A DNA stretch of 64,000 nucleotides, taken from contig JAYWIR010000025.1 of the NCBI GenBank assembly GCA_036172245.1, positions 62,001 to 126,000 of the forward strand, given 5' to 3'. This document shows positions 12,940 through 25,479 of this stretch, piece by piece. The number at the start of each line of letters is the position of its first letter. Positions within the stretch are counted from its first letter, which is position 1. A program made the translations under genes and the position numbers. The notes below the pieces were generated by a model. It saw only the letters and a program-made list of their open reading frames with translations. It had not been told where the DNA came from and did not search any database. The stretch comes from Raillietiella orientalis. Lineage: Eukaryota.

Positions 12940-14400
12940 ACAAAAGTTCCGGACAGGAGGCAAACAAGAGAGTGTCTCAACTCACCCAGATGTTTTGGGC
13001 TTAAGACGAAAAAAAAAAAGTTTCTCAGTCATGGGATCCCCATCGACGGCACCAGGAACGTGTCGAAGAGCCCCTTTGTGCGCGTTGTGACGCCGCCTGC
13101 CCGCGGCTGTTGCGGTGCTCCTCCTCCTCTGCGGCACGATGCGTCGTTGAGGCAGAACACCCACTCCAACAGGTACGCCGTCTCTTTCTTGAGGAGGACA
13201 AGAGTCAGATTGAAGGAGGAATCTGCCACTGTCCTTCAGGGGATGCAAGGTGCGCGTGCGAAGCTCCAGTGACCTTCTCTCGCGACTCTGATCCTCGCAT
13301 TTGTTTCCTTTTCCCTTTCCCCTGGAGGCGGACGGACCTCACTGGCTGGCTTCTTGCGAGCAGCGCCTGCATCGTTTAGGCTTTGGTGGGCCCTGGAGCC
13401 CTACCCTGGCTCGTTCGCTTTCGATTGGTCGGAGTCGGAATGGCAGTCGACTCCCCGGCTTCCGCGGGTGCCGACTCAAAGGCGCCGCTGCTCTCGACGC
13501 CCGCTCGGAGGCCAGCAAGAGGCAGGTGCAGCGGATGCCTGAGGCAGAAGCGTCCAATCGAGACCTTGGGGTGGCTCCAAGCGACGAGTCTCAATCGCGC
13601 GGTGCTTCCCATGCAACTGAAATGGCTGGGAAATTCGACTCTTCGTGTGATGGTTTCAGAGTGGACAAGGACTTGGGAAAGTGACCCTGGCCGGTCGGCT
13701 GGCTCAGAACCAGCCAATTCAGAGCTCTCGGAGCTCTGGTAGGAAAATCCAGTGCCCTACTCTGCATCCTCTTATCTTTCCTTCTCGTGTACTGCTGGAA
13801 TCTCCGCTCAGACTCCGGAGTGGCCGAGGAGTGTGAACCCACGAGCAACCCTCTAAGGCCGAGACCCTCTGGTGAGGTCCACTCTGCGTGTCCTGCGGAG
13901 CGGACGCCTCCCTCCCCTCCCTTGCTCGTTCGAGATCCTATCTTTCCCTGAGGGTGGCTTGAGGAGTAGAGATATGCAGGACAGTGACCGACGGAAAAAA
14001 GAAAACAAAGACACACCACGCTGGAAATCTTGGCCTTGGGAGCACCGGATGAGCGTTCAAGATTCCCGGTAAGAGCATCTCGTGTCCAGGAGCCTCCTCT
14101 GAAAACGAACCCGGGACGAGGAGCACGTCCCGGAGGATGGGGGTATGGGAAAGCCGTCTGGAATGCTCCCTGTCGGACCGAATTCCCCCTCCTTCCGGCC
14201 AGCAGCTTTTCTCCATCTAGAGGAGCACTGCCGCTTGCTTCGCCTCTACACTCTCCCTCTCTGCTCCTAGAGCGCACACCTCCAAGGCCGGCCTCCTAGG
14301 GTTCTCCCTTGCGGAGCGCATCCCTGGGCGGGAGCGCGAGTGAGTCTGGGCTAAGATGCAGTGGTGCCACTTCGTGGTCGCGTGCGCTCGCCCGAGCCAG
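12940..14400 (+). mobile_element. LINE ORF1-like relic with CpG-rich low-complexity extension
   Basis: GIPIDGTRNV...VRVVTPPARGCCG..LRHDASL resembles the L1/Tx1 ORF1 pre-knuckle and knuckle region; CpG-rich tract similar to 20.1-21.1, 33.1-34.4 and 61.5-62.2 kb. Confidence 0.35.
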
Positions 14401-15699
14401 AAAAAAACAAAAACAAAAAAAAACAGGTAGCACAGAAAGGTTGATCGGTATCCGGAGAGAGAGAGAGCGGACATCTGGTTAGAGGAGGGGGTCATGAAAC
14501 GTAGATAATTCGTCATCTGGTAAGGGAAAAGGGATGAAGTCATGAGGGGGGAGGCGAGGCGCAGCGAGGCAGCCACCAGATGATTCAATCCGAGAAGAGC
14601 ACGCGGCAGGAGAGAGACAAGACAAATTAGCAGCCAGGAAGATCCATTGCCTCGTGTTCTGTCACGGAACCGAAAAAGAGCCCTCGGGAGAAGCGGGCAG
14701 CGGAGTCAGGAGGAGTAGAAGAATGGCGGGAGTGGCAGCGATCGATGGAAGCCTGAGAGATAGTTGCTATGGAAAGGTCCGACGAGACAAATCTCCAGCA
14801 GCCAACTCCTGGAATCTACTGCGGCAGGAGGCTAAAGGGAGGCAGCAGCGGGAAGGGGAACCTCGGCACCAAGAGGTGAGGAGTGGATGGATGGCAAGCT
14901 GCCTTCCGCTCAGCGTCGGGAACCGTTGCCACGAAACCTCCTGCTGCCTTTTTCTTCTCCTGGTGAACTCTCCGGTGAAATCGGTACGGAGTGCGTTTCC
15001 TGGAAAGACTGAGAATGGATGAGGAGGTGGAGGCTCTGTTTTTGGTGGTGGCGAAGATGAAAAGGAGGGAGAAGAAGACAAAATGAGCGTTTTCCTGATA
15101 AGGGAAACGCTCCAGCGTCCTTGATAAGAGGAGAGGCGATCTTGGTCATCACAACATGTTGAGCGAGTTAGCTAGCGAGTGCAAGGGTGCGAGAGGTGTC
15201 ACCGGGGACCAACCATTCCATCCAGGAAGCAGGACACGGTTTGTCTTGCATCGAGATGCTCTTTCGCTCCCTACAAGACTGCGAAACTCGAACTGCAAGG
15301 ACCATGTGTGATGCACCCAGCACCTAAACCATTTTGTCCTGCTCCCTTAATTCCGGGAGTTCTTTTTGCTTCCTCCGGGTCCAGAGCTCAGAGTCCACGA
15401 AATGAAGGGATCCTTACTGAAGAGACAAACCCTGCCAGCATCAGCATATCTTGCAAGGATAAGGAGCAGATATTCAAGACGGCATTCCGTCGAGGGATGC
15501 TCACTTCTGGGGAGTGGGTTCCGAGGGAATTTGGATAGGCAGCCCCTCCTGGAGAATGCCTCCTACTTTATGGGCAATCAGGTCAGCCGTCTCACGAGGA
15601 GTGTGGAACGCTCTGGAAGCTTCATCCTATTTTCTTGACCATCACTTCTAGGCGGCACCTCCGTTCCCCCTCAAGATACGAGAAATTCCCGGTCACCGG

Positions 15700-16300
15700 A
15701 AATGGAGCATAAGTGATCACTGCGGCAGAACTCCTCCACTTCCGTGGTCTTTTCCTTTTTCTGGTTTTTAAAGAGTGCTCAGGAACCATCCGTTTCCTCA
15801 GGGGCGAGCTTACATGGCTCTTGGACATGGTCCACACCACCCGAGAGTGCGTGTGACTCTTTAAGTTAGGGGGTAGCACCAGGGGCACCTCCCTGTGAAT
15901 CCAAGAAAGCTCTGCAGGAAGGAATCCGTTCCTCATACGCTTGTGAGGGAACCCCACAGGGAACCGTCGTCCTGATTTTCTCCGCAGGGCACCTCTTCCT
16001 TATTTCCTCTGGAGAGGTTAGTCCCCGGAGAAGGCTGCTTCCCATTTCTTCTTTGAAGGGAACCTGTAAAGGATCCGTTCCTGGAATTTCTTCCCCGAAG
16101 AGCATCCTCAAGGAAACCTCTACTTGTTTCCTCCTCTGAAGACAATCCAGAAAGGATGTTTACGAATTTCGATGAAGGGCATCCGGAAGTTTCCACCTTC
16201 CACCAGTGCCGCATCCGAAGCCATGGTGGGACCAATTAGTGTCATCCTGCAGGGAGCACTTGAAACACACGACAAGCACCCCATTCTCGGCGTCGATCCT
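15700..16300 (-). mobile_element. tRNA-headed SINE-like repeat, head truncated
   Basis: Reverse complement of the family body (ttctttgaagggaacctgtaaaggatccg; cctctgaagacaatccagaaaggatg) and of the tail motif (ccacaccacccg). Confidence 0.7.
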
Positions 16301-16310
16301 TTGTTTTCAG

Positions 16311-16580
16311 CCGGTCAGTCCGGGGCGTTCATTGTAAAAAAAAAAATTTTCACAAAAAAAAAAGTCACATAAAATATAAAAAATGTTTCTCTTCACATCA
16401 CCACTACGAAGGGAAATACCGCCTCGAGGCACTGCTTCCCGTGAGCACCTCCCCTGTGAGATCCACGCAGGAAAAGTGGGAGAAAGAAGTAAACAAAAAC
16501 AAAAAAAAACACGGAATTTCAATTTGAGAATGTTTGGGGGAAGAATAAGGATCGCAGATTTCCTTCTGGCGTCCTCAGCA
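16311..16580 (-). mobile_element. L1/Tx1-like LINE 3' end
   Basis: ORF2 end ..EDAEDARR, T-rich 3' UTR and terminal motif AATGAACGCCCCGGACTGACCGG (16311-16333, minus). Confidence 0.65.
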
Positions 16581-16619
16581 TCCTCTGGAGGATGTTGGCA
16601 ACTTCCTTCTTTTGTTGGT

Positions 16620-16820
16620 AGAGATGCGGTCATCTTGTTGCTTTCCTCACGAAGGAGCAAACGATTGCGATGACCTCGTGTTCGACTGACCTCTTTCGAC
16701 CCGCCTTCACTGTTTTCCTTCCAGCTTTTTTTTTTTTTAAGAGTTTTCTTTTTTTTTTGGTTCGCTAAGTACCTCAGAATTGGTCGCGTGCCTCGCGGCG
16801 TACGTGGCTCTTTAAACGTA
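16620..16820 (-). repeat. Tail fragment of the SINE-like repeat
   Basis: ttttttggttcgctaagtacctcag..ggtcgcgtgcctcgcggcgtacgtggctct is a close reverse complement of 55458-55530. Confidence 0.7.
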
Positions 16821-16944
16821 CTATTTAGTTTCTACCTTCACAATCCCACAAAGAGAGCACAGAGCTGCAAGGGAAGCTGCAGGAGACATCAAGTCGCTCG
16901 TGAAGAGGTACCGCAAGGTCTCCCTGTCGTTCTCCATCGAGAGT

Positions 16945-17655
16945 GGCAGCGTCGGAAACCGTGTGGTTACGGTGCTCTCCGCACGTGGCACTATGCTTCG
17001 TGGGTTCCGAGTTCACCCCACAGGATGACGCTGGTTGTCCTACATTCATCCAGGTGAGGCACTGGTATCGGATCAAATCGGATGCATCCGATGAGGGCCG
17101 GGATAAATGGGTGTCGACCTCCTTGTCCTTACAGGAATCAAGGAGTGGGAGTTCTTCCCCTCTGGTTGTGAAGGATCGGACCCCCATTTCGGGAAGACCC
17201 TCCGCTTCGTACTGATGGAGTAGGTGTGTCGCCACCACCTCTTCAGAGAGTGCAGAGAAGCGAGCCCGATCCCTTCGGGGAAGCTGCGTCCTTCTGAATT
17301 TCGGAAGCGTCCTTTCTGGGTTCTCTTCAGAGGAGTAAAAACAGAAGCGGATCCCTTGCGGGGGATCCCTCCGGAGAAGAAATTCCAAGATCGGATCCTT
17401 TCCGGGTTCCCTTCAGAGAAGAAAGAATAAAGCGGACCCCTCCGGAGGTCCTCCGGAGAGAATCAGGAAGGAGGATTCCCTGCTGGATTCCCCTTCGGAG
17501 ACAATCAGGGTGGAGGTGATCTCCATTTCCGAGGATCCTTCCCCAGGCGTGAGAGGAACGAACTCCGAGTCCTTCCTGGATTCATAGGGCGGACCCCTCC
17601 CAGGGTACTCCCTATCTTGAAGAATTACCCACCATCGGGTGGCGTGGAACCGTGT
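16945..17655 (+). mobile_element. tRNA-headed SINE-like repeat
   Basis: Head gcgtcggaaaccgtgtggtt (B-box region deleted); body aligns by eye with 54600-55450, including the shared translated stretch SEFRKRPFWVLFRGV; tail gggtggcgtggaac. Confidence 0.75.
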
Positions 17656-17779
17656 CAAAGAACTGCGAAGGAAGAATCCACCATCCGCTGCGTCGATCCT
17701 TCAAAACGATTGGTGCCACACGCAGAGACCGCAGACACACGGTTGCCAACGCCGGACAAAACCCAAGCATAAAAAGGAA

Positions 17780-18180
17780 AGCAGGGTGCCTTCTTTGAAG
17801 AGGACGGCGAGAGAGGCGTATCTCGAAGAGTCCCTCGCGCTTCGGGTCCACGGAGGTCTTTTCGGTGCATGTGGAGTGCACGCAACACTTTGAGGAACGC
17901 AAGTGTAAGCTGGACCATGCCTTACAGACGTGCGTGCAGGAATTCCAGGAACTCTTGCAGACCGCCTCCGTGACCATGGAATCCTCCTGACTTGCAGCTC
18001 TAGAAGTGCCCAAAATGTTATCGAAGGAAGAATCCGATAGATTCGTATGCCTTTTCCCTCCTCTATCCTTTGACGGTTCCTCGAAGTGAGTCATATCTTT
18101 TAATAGCGGTGAGTTGAGGAACTTGCCACCGACCTTCAGGGAATGCAGAGTACGCATGCGAATTGTCTGTGACCTACTCT
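17780..18180 (-). mobile_element. LINE RT N-terminal relic
   Basis: EEPSKDRGGKRHTNLSDSSFDNILG resembles kdp...nyRpisLln.dyKil. Confidence 0.3.
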
Positions 18181-18299
18181 CCTGTGCCTCCCACCATTGA
18201 CCCTCGCATTTGTTTACCTACTTGTTGTACCTTTTCCCTCGAGGCACACTTCACTAGCCAGTAGGCTGATTTCTCCTCAGCAACTCCTGGTCGCCACGG

Positions 18300-19085
18300 A
18301 CATTTTAGCTGTCATTTCCTAATGCTGCCGTATGCCAGATTGGACTGTTGAAAACCTCTCTGCCATCTGCCCAAGTTTTCTCGAGGAAAACATGCGCACG
18401 AGTGATGACAACCTCCAGCTAATGTCTCGGCGGTGTGGGAGATCTTGTGTTCCATAGCAAGAGAAACGAAACCGGTGGGCCGGTGGAAGACGGACCGGGT
18501 GGATGACGCGTCCGGTGTCTACGCTAAAGGACCTCTCCATTGAAATAAGACTCCTCCCTCCATCTGTACATGTCCGTGGTCCCCCTGAAGTGGCACGAAG
18601 AGGCTTTGCTCTTTGTCGCACTGGGGCTTTCTGTGAGACCAGTGGCTGCATCGCTGGACGAGGGACAGCATCTGCCTGGACTGTACCAGTTGCGAAAACA
18701 TCGAAACTTCCACGCAATTGCTTCTGGAGTGTGGTGACCTTCGAAGCGTGTGGAAACGCCTCGAGACGCTGCCCTACTCCGATCCGAAGGCACCCCAGAA
18801 GCGCTTTTTTCGGCGTCGCTTTGCGCGGGATGGGGTCTTCATCATCTGCCACCCCGATAGCATCATCCTGCATTGTGTCCAGAGGACTGCTTTGTCCAAG
18901 AATACGTGGGGAGGCGTGCCCGCTAAGATGAACCGCACTCCGCAGTGATGGAGTGCGCGGCAGAATGGTCTCCCGTAGGATACCACTCAAGTAGGATGCT
19001 TCTCGCATCGCAGGCAGGCTGCAGAGGACGTGGAGGGTTTAAACTGTGACTTTCCTCCCTTTTCTATTTCCTTTATTTTTAATTC
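18300..19085 (+). mobile_element. L1/Tx1-like LINE ORF2 C-terminal relic
   Basis: LLECGDLRSVWKRL matches the family HLLVDC..L..LW; ends gctgcagaggac followed by a T-rich tract as in other copies. Confidence 0.55.
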
Positions 19086-19089
19086 TTTC

Positions 19090-21100
19090 AGTGTGCCCAC
19101 CCTCTAGCTCTTTTGTGAACTCTTTCCTCCAACTGCTCTTTCGTGTACTGACCTGAGAATCGGTGGTTTGACGTGACTAGCAAAATCCAGGTTTCTCCCC
19201 ACCCGATTTGGTTATTTTTCCCTTTGGAATGAAACGCTCTGCGCCACCAGGTGGAGAAGGTGCCAGAGGGCGTTGCACAGAATACATCTTTGCGTGATGC
19301 CACCTGAGGGGAAGTCTCGGTGCTGTCCGCGAAGCCCAACACTTCCAATGGAACCCCAAGGAGGTCAGCTCAGAGAAACAGGGAACTTGGAAGTGGGCAG
19401 TTAGGTGCTCTGCCTTGTCATATCGTCAAGCCGACCAACCACCAAGGAGTTTCCTTGTTCCGGAGAGGCTTTAAATTGATTTGAGATTGCTCCGAAGTAC
19501 CCTGCTACGCCCTCTGTCATCTGCAGAGAATGCAACGACGCCGCTGTGATTCCGAAGTGTTTCCAGGTGCCCGCAAAAACGCTTTTCTGTCAGCCGGACC
19601 ACTGCTGATGATTGTGAGTGGGCAAAGATGGCTGGCGGGTGGTTGTGGAGGAGTAACGAGCATCTTCCTTCTACGGCCTTGAAGTCTTCCATCGGGGTAG
19701 TTCAGGGCTCTTTCAATTCGCGGATGGGAACGCGTCCATACCCCTCACGTTTCAGGGACTCAGCCATGGCCATGCCATGCTCATTCCTTGAAGAGGTGGA
19801 GGGAGGGAATTTCCCCATCCTAGGTGTGAGAAGGTTCATCGTTGCTGCGAAAGCCTCAGCGCACCAGCGAGGCGTCCCGAGGAAAGAATTCTCCACTTGT
19901 CGAGCTGCGAGAGTTGGGTTGTTGTGAGCTGAGACCGGAGAGCATTTCAGCTGTAGTCTCCTCGGAGTCTCCTTCCCTGAGGGTTTTTTTTTTTCCAGCG
20001 CTGAGAATCATCAAATTCATTTACATGGCTGCAGAGCCTGTATTGATCTGGGGATGTTAGTGGTCTTCCTCACGTGATGGTCCATCTTTTAGCTCTCTGA
20101 GACCGGTGCTCCCCTTCGATCACTGCGGCGACTTTTAAGAGGAGCGAGCAGCAGCATCAAAGCCAAGAGCCTGACACCGGACCCCAAGACGTCTGGCTAG
20201 AGCTGCTTTCACTCCTGCTGGAGTTCTTTTCGGAGCTGTCGCCGGCGGAAGTGCCACGTGCACTGGCGTACATGCCTGGGAGAGAGGCAACTCCTTCCCC
20301 CAGATGGCGCAGCACACGACTGGGCTTCCTGTATCCTCCCGAACTCCAGAAGGATTAGGAGCCGTGGGAGCATCGGCACCAAGAGCAGCACCGGCATTCT
20401 CGACAGCCGCACGAGCGTTAGCGGGAGCAGGGACCAGTGATAGGATCAGGGTCGGACTCCCAGCGGCAACAGGAGTACCAGCAGCATCTGCAGGACCAGC
20501 GATGAGAGCCTCACAGGCTGCCGCGCCTCCTGAGGGAGCACCAGCATGGGAAGCATCGCCATTGGGGGGAGAGGAAGCGGAGTTGGAAGTGTCAGCAAGG
20601 TCAGAAGATTGGCGTTGACAGAGGTTGATCAGCTCTCCTGCGCAACGGACGCCTCCCGCTGGCCTTTGTTCCAAGAGATCTGGATTCCTTCTTGCCTTCC
20701 ACTCCTTTTAGGAGCGTCTTTTTCTCAACTTCCCGCAACTTTGGTAGCTAGGAAGCGAAGGTCACAGATCGGAGGACGGTCAACGATCGACCCCGGAAAT
20801 GGGAGCACCACGGTTTCACGAGAGGCCAGCGGTGGGGATGGGAGTCCGCCCATGCATCCCCCCGCCCCTTCCCCAGGTTCCGCGAGACACCACTCAGAAC
20901 CGGGGTACCCCGGAAGCTCCGAGAGAGGCAGCAGCGTGGCTTTCGGCTGGCGGAGCGGGGAAGGTGGGGGGAAACGGCCCGCGCGCAGCTGGCCGAGGTG
21001 ACTCCAGCGCGCGGCAGACCCCCACTCCCTGCTGGGACAGAAGGACGAAGGAACCCTGTCTCCCGGCAGCAGCCTCGCGTCGCGTGCACGGCAATCCGAA
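19090..21100 (-). mobile_element. LINE ORF1 3' region plus APE endonuclease relic
   Basis: Ala/Pro-rich ORF 20135-20674; then HSGVVAFSADDRGR (like GVail..d.eGR), ASRKDVF (like SRIDyif) and LVTSNHR (like SDH). Confidence 0.5.
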
Positions 21101-21754
21101 CTTTGTTGCGAGGAGGCCGGAGCGATGCTGGTACACAGCTGCTGCCCTCCGGAGTGCATGGTGGCAATTAATCAGCTGTGCTTTATTAAAACTTTATTGA
21201 ATTCCGTCTTGTTGATTTGTCGCTCTGCACAGTTGGACAAGCACCGGCTCGACAACCCTTCATGTTTTTGTTTTGTTTTTTTTTTCCCCTCCGGTCCTCT
21301 CCGATTCGCCGTGCTTTCCTTTTCTCGCTCTTTTTTTTTCTTTCCTTTTCCTTATTTATTTACCGACTTGCCACGCAGCCCGTACTCGGAGAAATCTGGA
21401 CCGGTGCGTTTTGCTCGAGAAAGTTTCCGCAGCCCGGAATCCATCTAGTCGTGACTGATGCTTTCGTGGACCTCCGCGACTGCCCACGCGCTCCCGGGAA
21501 CCAGATTCGCCAGCGGTCTGGAAGTTCCCGGAACTTTTGTTCCGGTGGAGCGGGAATTCTCCTCCTCGGCGGATCGCGGGCGTGCCAGACCTCCGCCCTG
21601 GACGCGCGACGCCGCGGCTACCCCTCGAGCGGAGTGACCTCTGGCCTCCCCGAGAATTTCCTCCGAACGCCGACGTCCCCACGCCCTTCCGCTATGCGCA
21701 CTGGAAATTGCACACGGCAATTTGGAGCAGGAGCGCTCAAAGTTCATCGGTAGA

Positions 21755-22179
21755 AAGTTTCGCATCCGTACGGCGTTGCGGATGAATTTTGATCTCGCGG
21801 TAAAGTGGCTGTTGAGCCGTTTTTGGAAAGAACACGAGCACGTAACTCAAGTAGGCTAGATTCCATTTTGTTGAGATTTTCGCAAAGGAGATGCAGAAGG
21901 ACGACGTATTTTCCAAGAACGAGAGTGGTAGAGAGGAAATTATAGAATGGGGTAAGTTCATTAGATATCGGCAAAACTCGGAACGCCTCGCTTTCAGATT
22001 AACCTGAATAATAAAGGAATTCTTTTTATTTAAAGATTAAAACAACGGATATTTTACTGCTACAAAGTCTCAATATGCATTTTATGTCTTTCTTAAATAT
22101 CATATTATCCATGTGCAACCCATAGGGCTCGTACAATGCGGATCACATCCCACCCGTTATACGGGGATGGGCTACTGTA
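21755..22179. mobile_element. MITE (Tc1/mariner-pogo-like ends), left end missing
   Basis: Internal sequence shared with the 56.3-56.8 and 60.3-60.8 kb copies (gcggtaaagtgg, aagtaggctagattccattttgtt, tatagaat, catagggctc); right end gttatacggggatgggctactg followed by TA. Confidence 0.7.
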
Positions 22180-22289
22180 CATATGAAACCTCGTGCTCTC
22201 CGAAATGAAAAATTTGCAATAAGACAGAGATGCAAATGGGAAAATTTTCATCCATCATTCGAGAGTCTATGGACAACGACGATTTCTTG

Positions 22290-23210
22290 AATGTTCCATT
22301 TCAGCACAAGGCGACAGATCCTCCCTGGAAGATTCGCCTTTGAGGAGCCTTTTTGATCGGCTGGGCTGTTTTGGTGATCAAGATCCAACAAGCAATCATT
22401 AGTCCATGTACCCAGCTGCCGAAAAATTCTCGAGAGATGAGGAGGAGAGCGGAGGAAAACTCATCTTGGGACAGATGGATTTGTAAATCATCGAACACAG
22501 CTTTCGGGAGACAAAAGGAAGGCAAGGAGATGGCACTGATGCTGATCTCATATGCTTTTCACACGACAATTTGGGGGAGGGAAGGGGGACAGCATGCCGC
22601 AAAGACCCACATCAGGGCGATCCGACGAAACATCTTTCAGTTATGAAAATGGGGCTATCGAGGGAGCTCAGTTTTGGAGGCATGACGAAGATGCTTGGTG
22701 ATGACGTCCTCGTTCTTTGAGGCAGATGGTGACCTGTAAATAGATATTCAAGAGAGAAAGCTGGAAACTCGAAAAGCGTTACGACTGGGTGGAACTTGGG
22801 TGCACCGCCTGAGCGAACCTGAGAAAGCCGATGAAAAGCTCAACGCTCCGCAACCAGCAATTACCTTCCCTGCCGACTCATTGCTTGAGCAAAGTCATGT
22901 TTGCACCTTGAAGAGCTGGGACTGAGCATTTTGAATGCTCTTTGCCGGACTATGAGCGTCATGCAAGCTCCAAGAGCTGGGAGAAGGCGATTATGAGCTC
23001 AGCACCCTTTCTGCGACACTTGGACATGCTGGTGCCTATCCACCTCAGATGTCTTGCCGGCAGTCTGCTTCGGAAAGGCTCCGCGAAGCACTGCTGGCTA
23101 TCTCTCATGGCAAGAGGAAGTAGGCAATCAGAATCATGCCACAGCAACAGGAAGTGGACAACTGAGTTTCTTGGAGGCAAAGAACAAGTGCCCTTCAGAT
23201 GCAATCAGAT
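22290..23210 (-). pseudogene. Compact class B1 GPCR-like relic
   Basis: In order: LLWHDS..QQC..SKCRRKG (hormone-binding-domain-like, ORF 22959-23204); acceptor cag|g then RS..VITKHL (~22690-22735, like RSL.C.RI.IHKHLF); WVHGLMIAC (TM5-like); FQGGSVALC*NG (~22295-22330, like FQG..VA..yCF.NGEV). Confidence 0.5.
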
Positions 23211-24699
23211 CTTAGAGAAGTAACGTAGAGTATGCTCTGATGTAGAAATTCTGTGTACCTATAAAACATTCATACAATATTTTGCATTTGATACAATAGA
23301 ATATCATGAGTTGATGTTAGCATTCTTTTATCTTTTCTAGGGAGGAACAAATCTATTCCTCTCTTGTTCTTATGCATCATTCTCTTCGTGTTGCAGGAAT
23401 GAGATGAAATGGTCATGAATAATGAACTAGACGAAAAGATGAGAACAAATTTTGGGAAGTTCTTTGTCTCAGGAAAAAAGAAAAGAAAAATACAAGGAGA
23501 AATGCTAATGGCAGATGTTGCAGCGAAGTAAACAAACAGGCAAAGAAGTGGAAACCTAATGCAGAATATGAAAGGACGGAAGAAACGGCCGTGGGCAATC
23601 TGGAGATTTGCATCGAAAAGCGTCTCCCGTTTGGAGAGTTTCTCGAGAACTCAGAGGATGTGAAATCTGTGTTTGACAGAATGGACACTATGATGTGTTC
23701 GAAAAAATTTCGGGAAACCGCATGTCTGTGTTCCCAAAGAAGAAAGCTGATGAGAATTCATGTCTCTGCATAAAGGATAGAGTATCTCAAAGAGAATGAA
23801 ACTTTTGAAAAGAGAACCCATGGATGTGATGATGAGGGCAGAAAGTACGCGATGATCATAAAAGAACGACAATAAAGGTTTCCTCGAGGGTAGCTTTTCC
23901 TCGAGTTTCCGTGCTTCTTTTGTAAAGAGTGTGGGAATGTTCCATGTTTAATGATGCAGCAGTCGGAAAAGCAAACGTTGTGCGATGACCATCTGTTTAC
24001 TAAGCACAAGGAATTGGCTTCTCTGCTAAATAAGGTGCGAAGTCGCCCTCTGGGAACGGAATGGAGTGCTCTTCTACCGAACTGGAAGAGCCGCACAGAA
24101 ACAACCATAAGCCTCGGTGCGAGGCCCACAAAGTGATAGCAAACTTTCCCACAGAGATGCAGCACTTGGTTCGCTGGACACGAGAGGAGCAAACCGGGAG
24201 ATCCAAGTACCTATCACAGGGCATCACAGAGGCATCCTGAAGATGTGGCAAAGGAACCCGGATCGAATCCGTGGAAGGCAATCGTTCTAACGTCCGGATA
24301 GCGACGGCGGCCACATGCTCTGTAGCATTCCGTGAATTCAGCTTGTCATCAGCAGAGCGGGGAAAAGGGGGAGGGAGGCTGCAACTATTAAAGAGTTCGT
24401 CCCGTTGATTGATTGCTGTGCTATGAGATTTCATTCTACATTCGATGAAAGAATCAGGAATGAGAAAAATGAACTCAGTAGAAGCTGTTCCACGAAGCAA
24501 GCATCCAATCATTCATCTGAAAGCTATTTTTCAAGAAAGACAGGAGAATATTCTCGTTAATTGTTTGCCTTTCCGTGGAGCCAATCTGAAAGAACAGGAA
24601 GAAAAATTCCATAGCGATTGGAAAGTGAAGCATGGCATTCAGGAACTTTGAGAAACTCTCCTCTGCTGGTAACAACAGCGAAGTTCCCTTCGAACCGAT

Positions 24700-25445
24700 G
24701 CCGATCCCATGATCATGGCTCTCCTACTCGCTATTAACTTCTTTGCCTTTCATCACTCTTATTGATTCCTTCTCCACAATATCGCGACATCCCATCACCG
24801 TCAATGGCTTGCCTTTCCTTCCTCTTCTGACGACCGATCCAAGGACAAAGAACGGAAACCAGAGAAGGAAGATAAACGAGTCTCGTCCTTCTCAGGTTTC
24901 GTGGACACCCGGAGAGTCTCAGAATGGAACGTACCAGTCCAGATCCCAAGGAGAGCCAATTTTGGCTCCTTTCGACCTCGAGCTTCTCTTCCCCATGGTA
25001 AGATTTCTTCTGGAATGAGTTTTCGGAATGCATCCCGAACTTTCTCCTAAAATGAGATTTCTGCAGGGAATGGTGGGTTGTCATGGGGGTTTCGTTACGA
25101 TTCCCAATTACGCTACTCTGGCGAATGGAACGTGACAAACGGACCTTGCGAATGATGGAGTCCACGATTGGATGATCCTACGAGACTCTGCACTCTATGA
25201 AAGGAACCGGAAAGCTGCAGGGCGAATAGGGCTGTTTGATCGCTCTGGAAGACGGCACTGCCCGGATGACACTTGAGGGCGGGTTACCTGCTGCAAAGGA
25301 CCAATCAGTTACTCCATTTGGAAGTTCAGTTCCCAACTGCCAATGGGCGAAACCCAGAATTCCAGGAGGAATTTGTCTTTGGAGCTACCATTCTCAGCAA
25401 TCGTGTTAGCGAACACCTCAGCTGGAGTTTCCAGCTTCAGCACCA
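24700..25445 (-). mobile_element. LINE ORF2 EN-to-RT linker relic
   Basis: 25350-25443 is similar at nucleotide level to 28643-28737 (ttccaggaggaatttgtctttggagct..ggagtttccagcttcagcac), which encodes the NSSW motif. Confidence 0.55.
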
Positions 25446-25479
25446 TTCCGCGAGGCCCTCTCCTATAGTCTGCTCCCCA

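Noticed and set aside
13300..14400. CpG-island promoter of a host gene
   Set aside because: Similar CpG-rich tracts recur beside LINE ORF1-like relics, and no downstream intact exon was found.
23413..24700. Cys-containing coding relic (PCFFCKECGNVPC)
   Set aside because: Purine-rich and possibly a decayed gene or transposon, but no ordered motif set that I could assign to a family.
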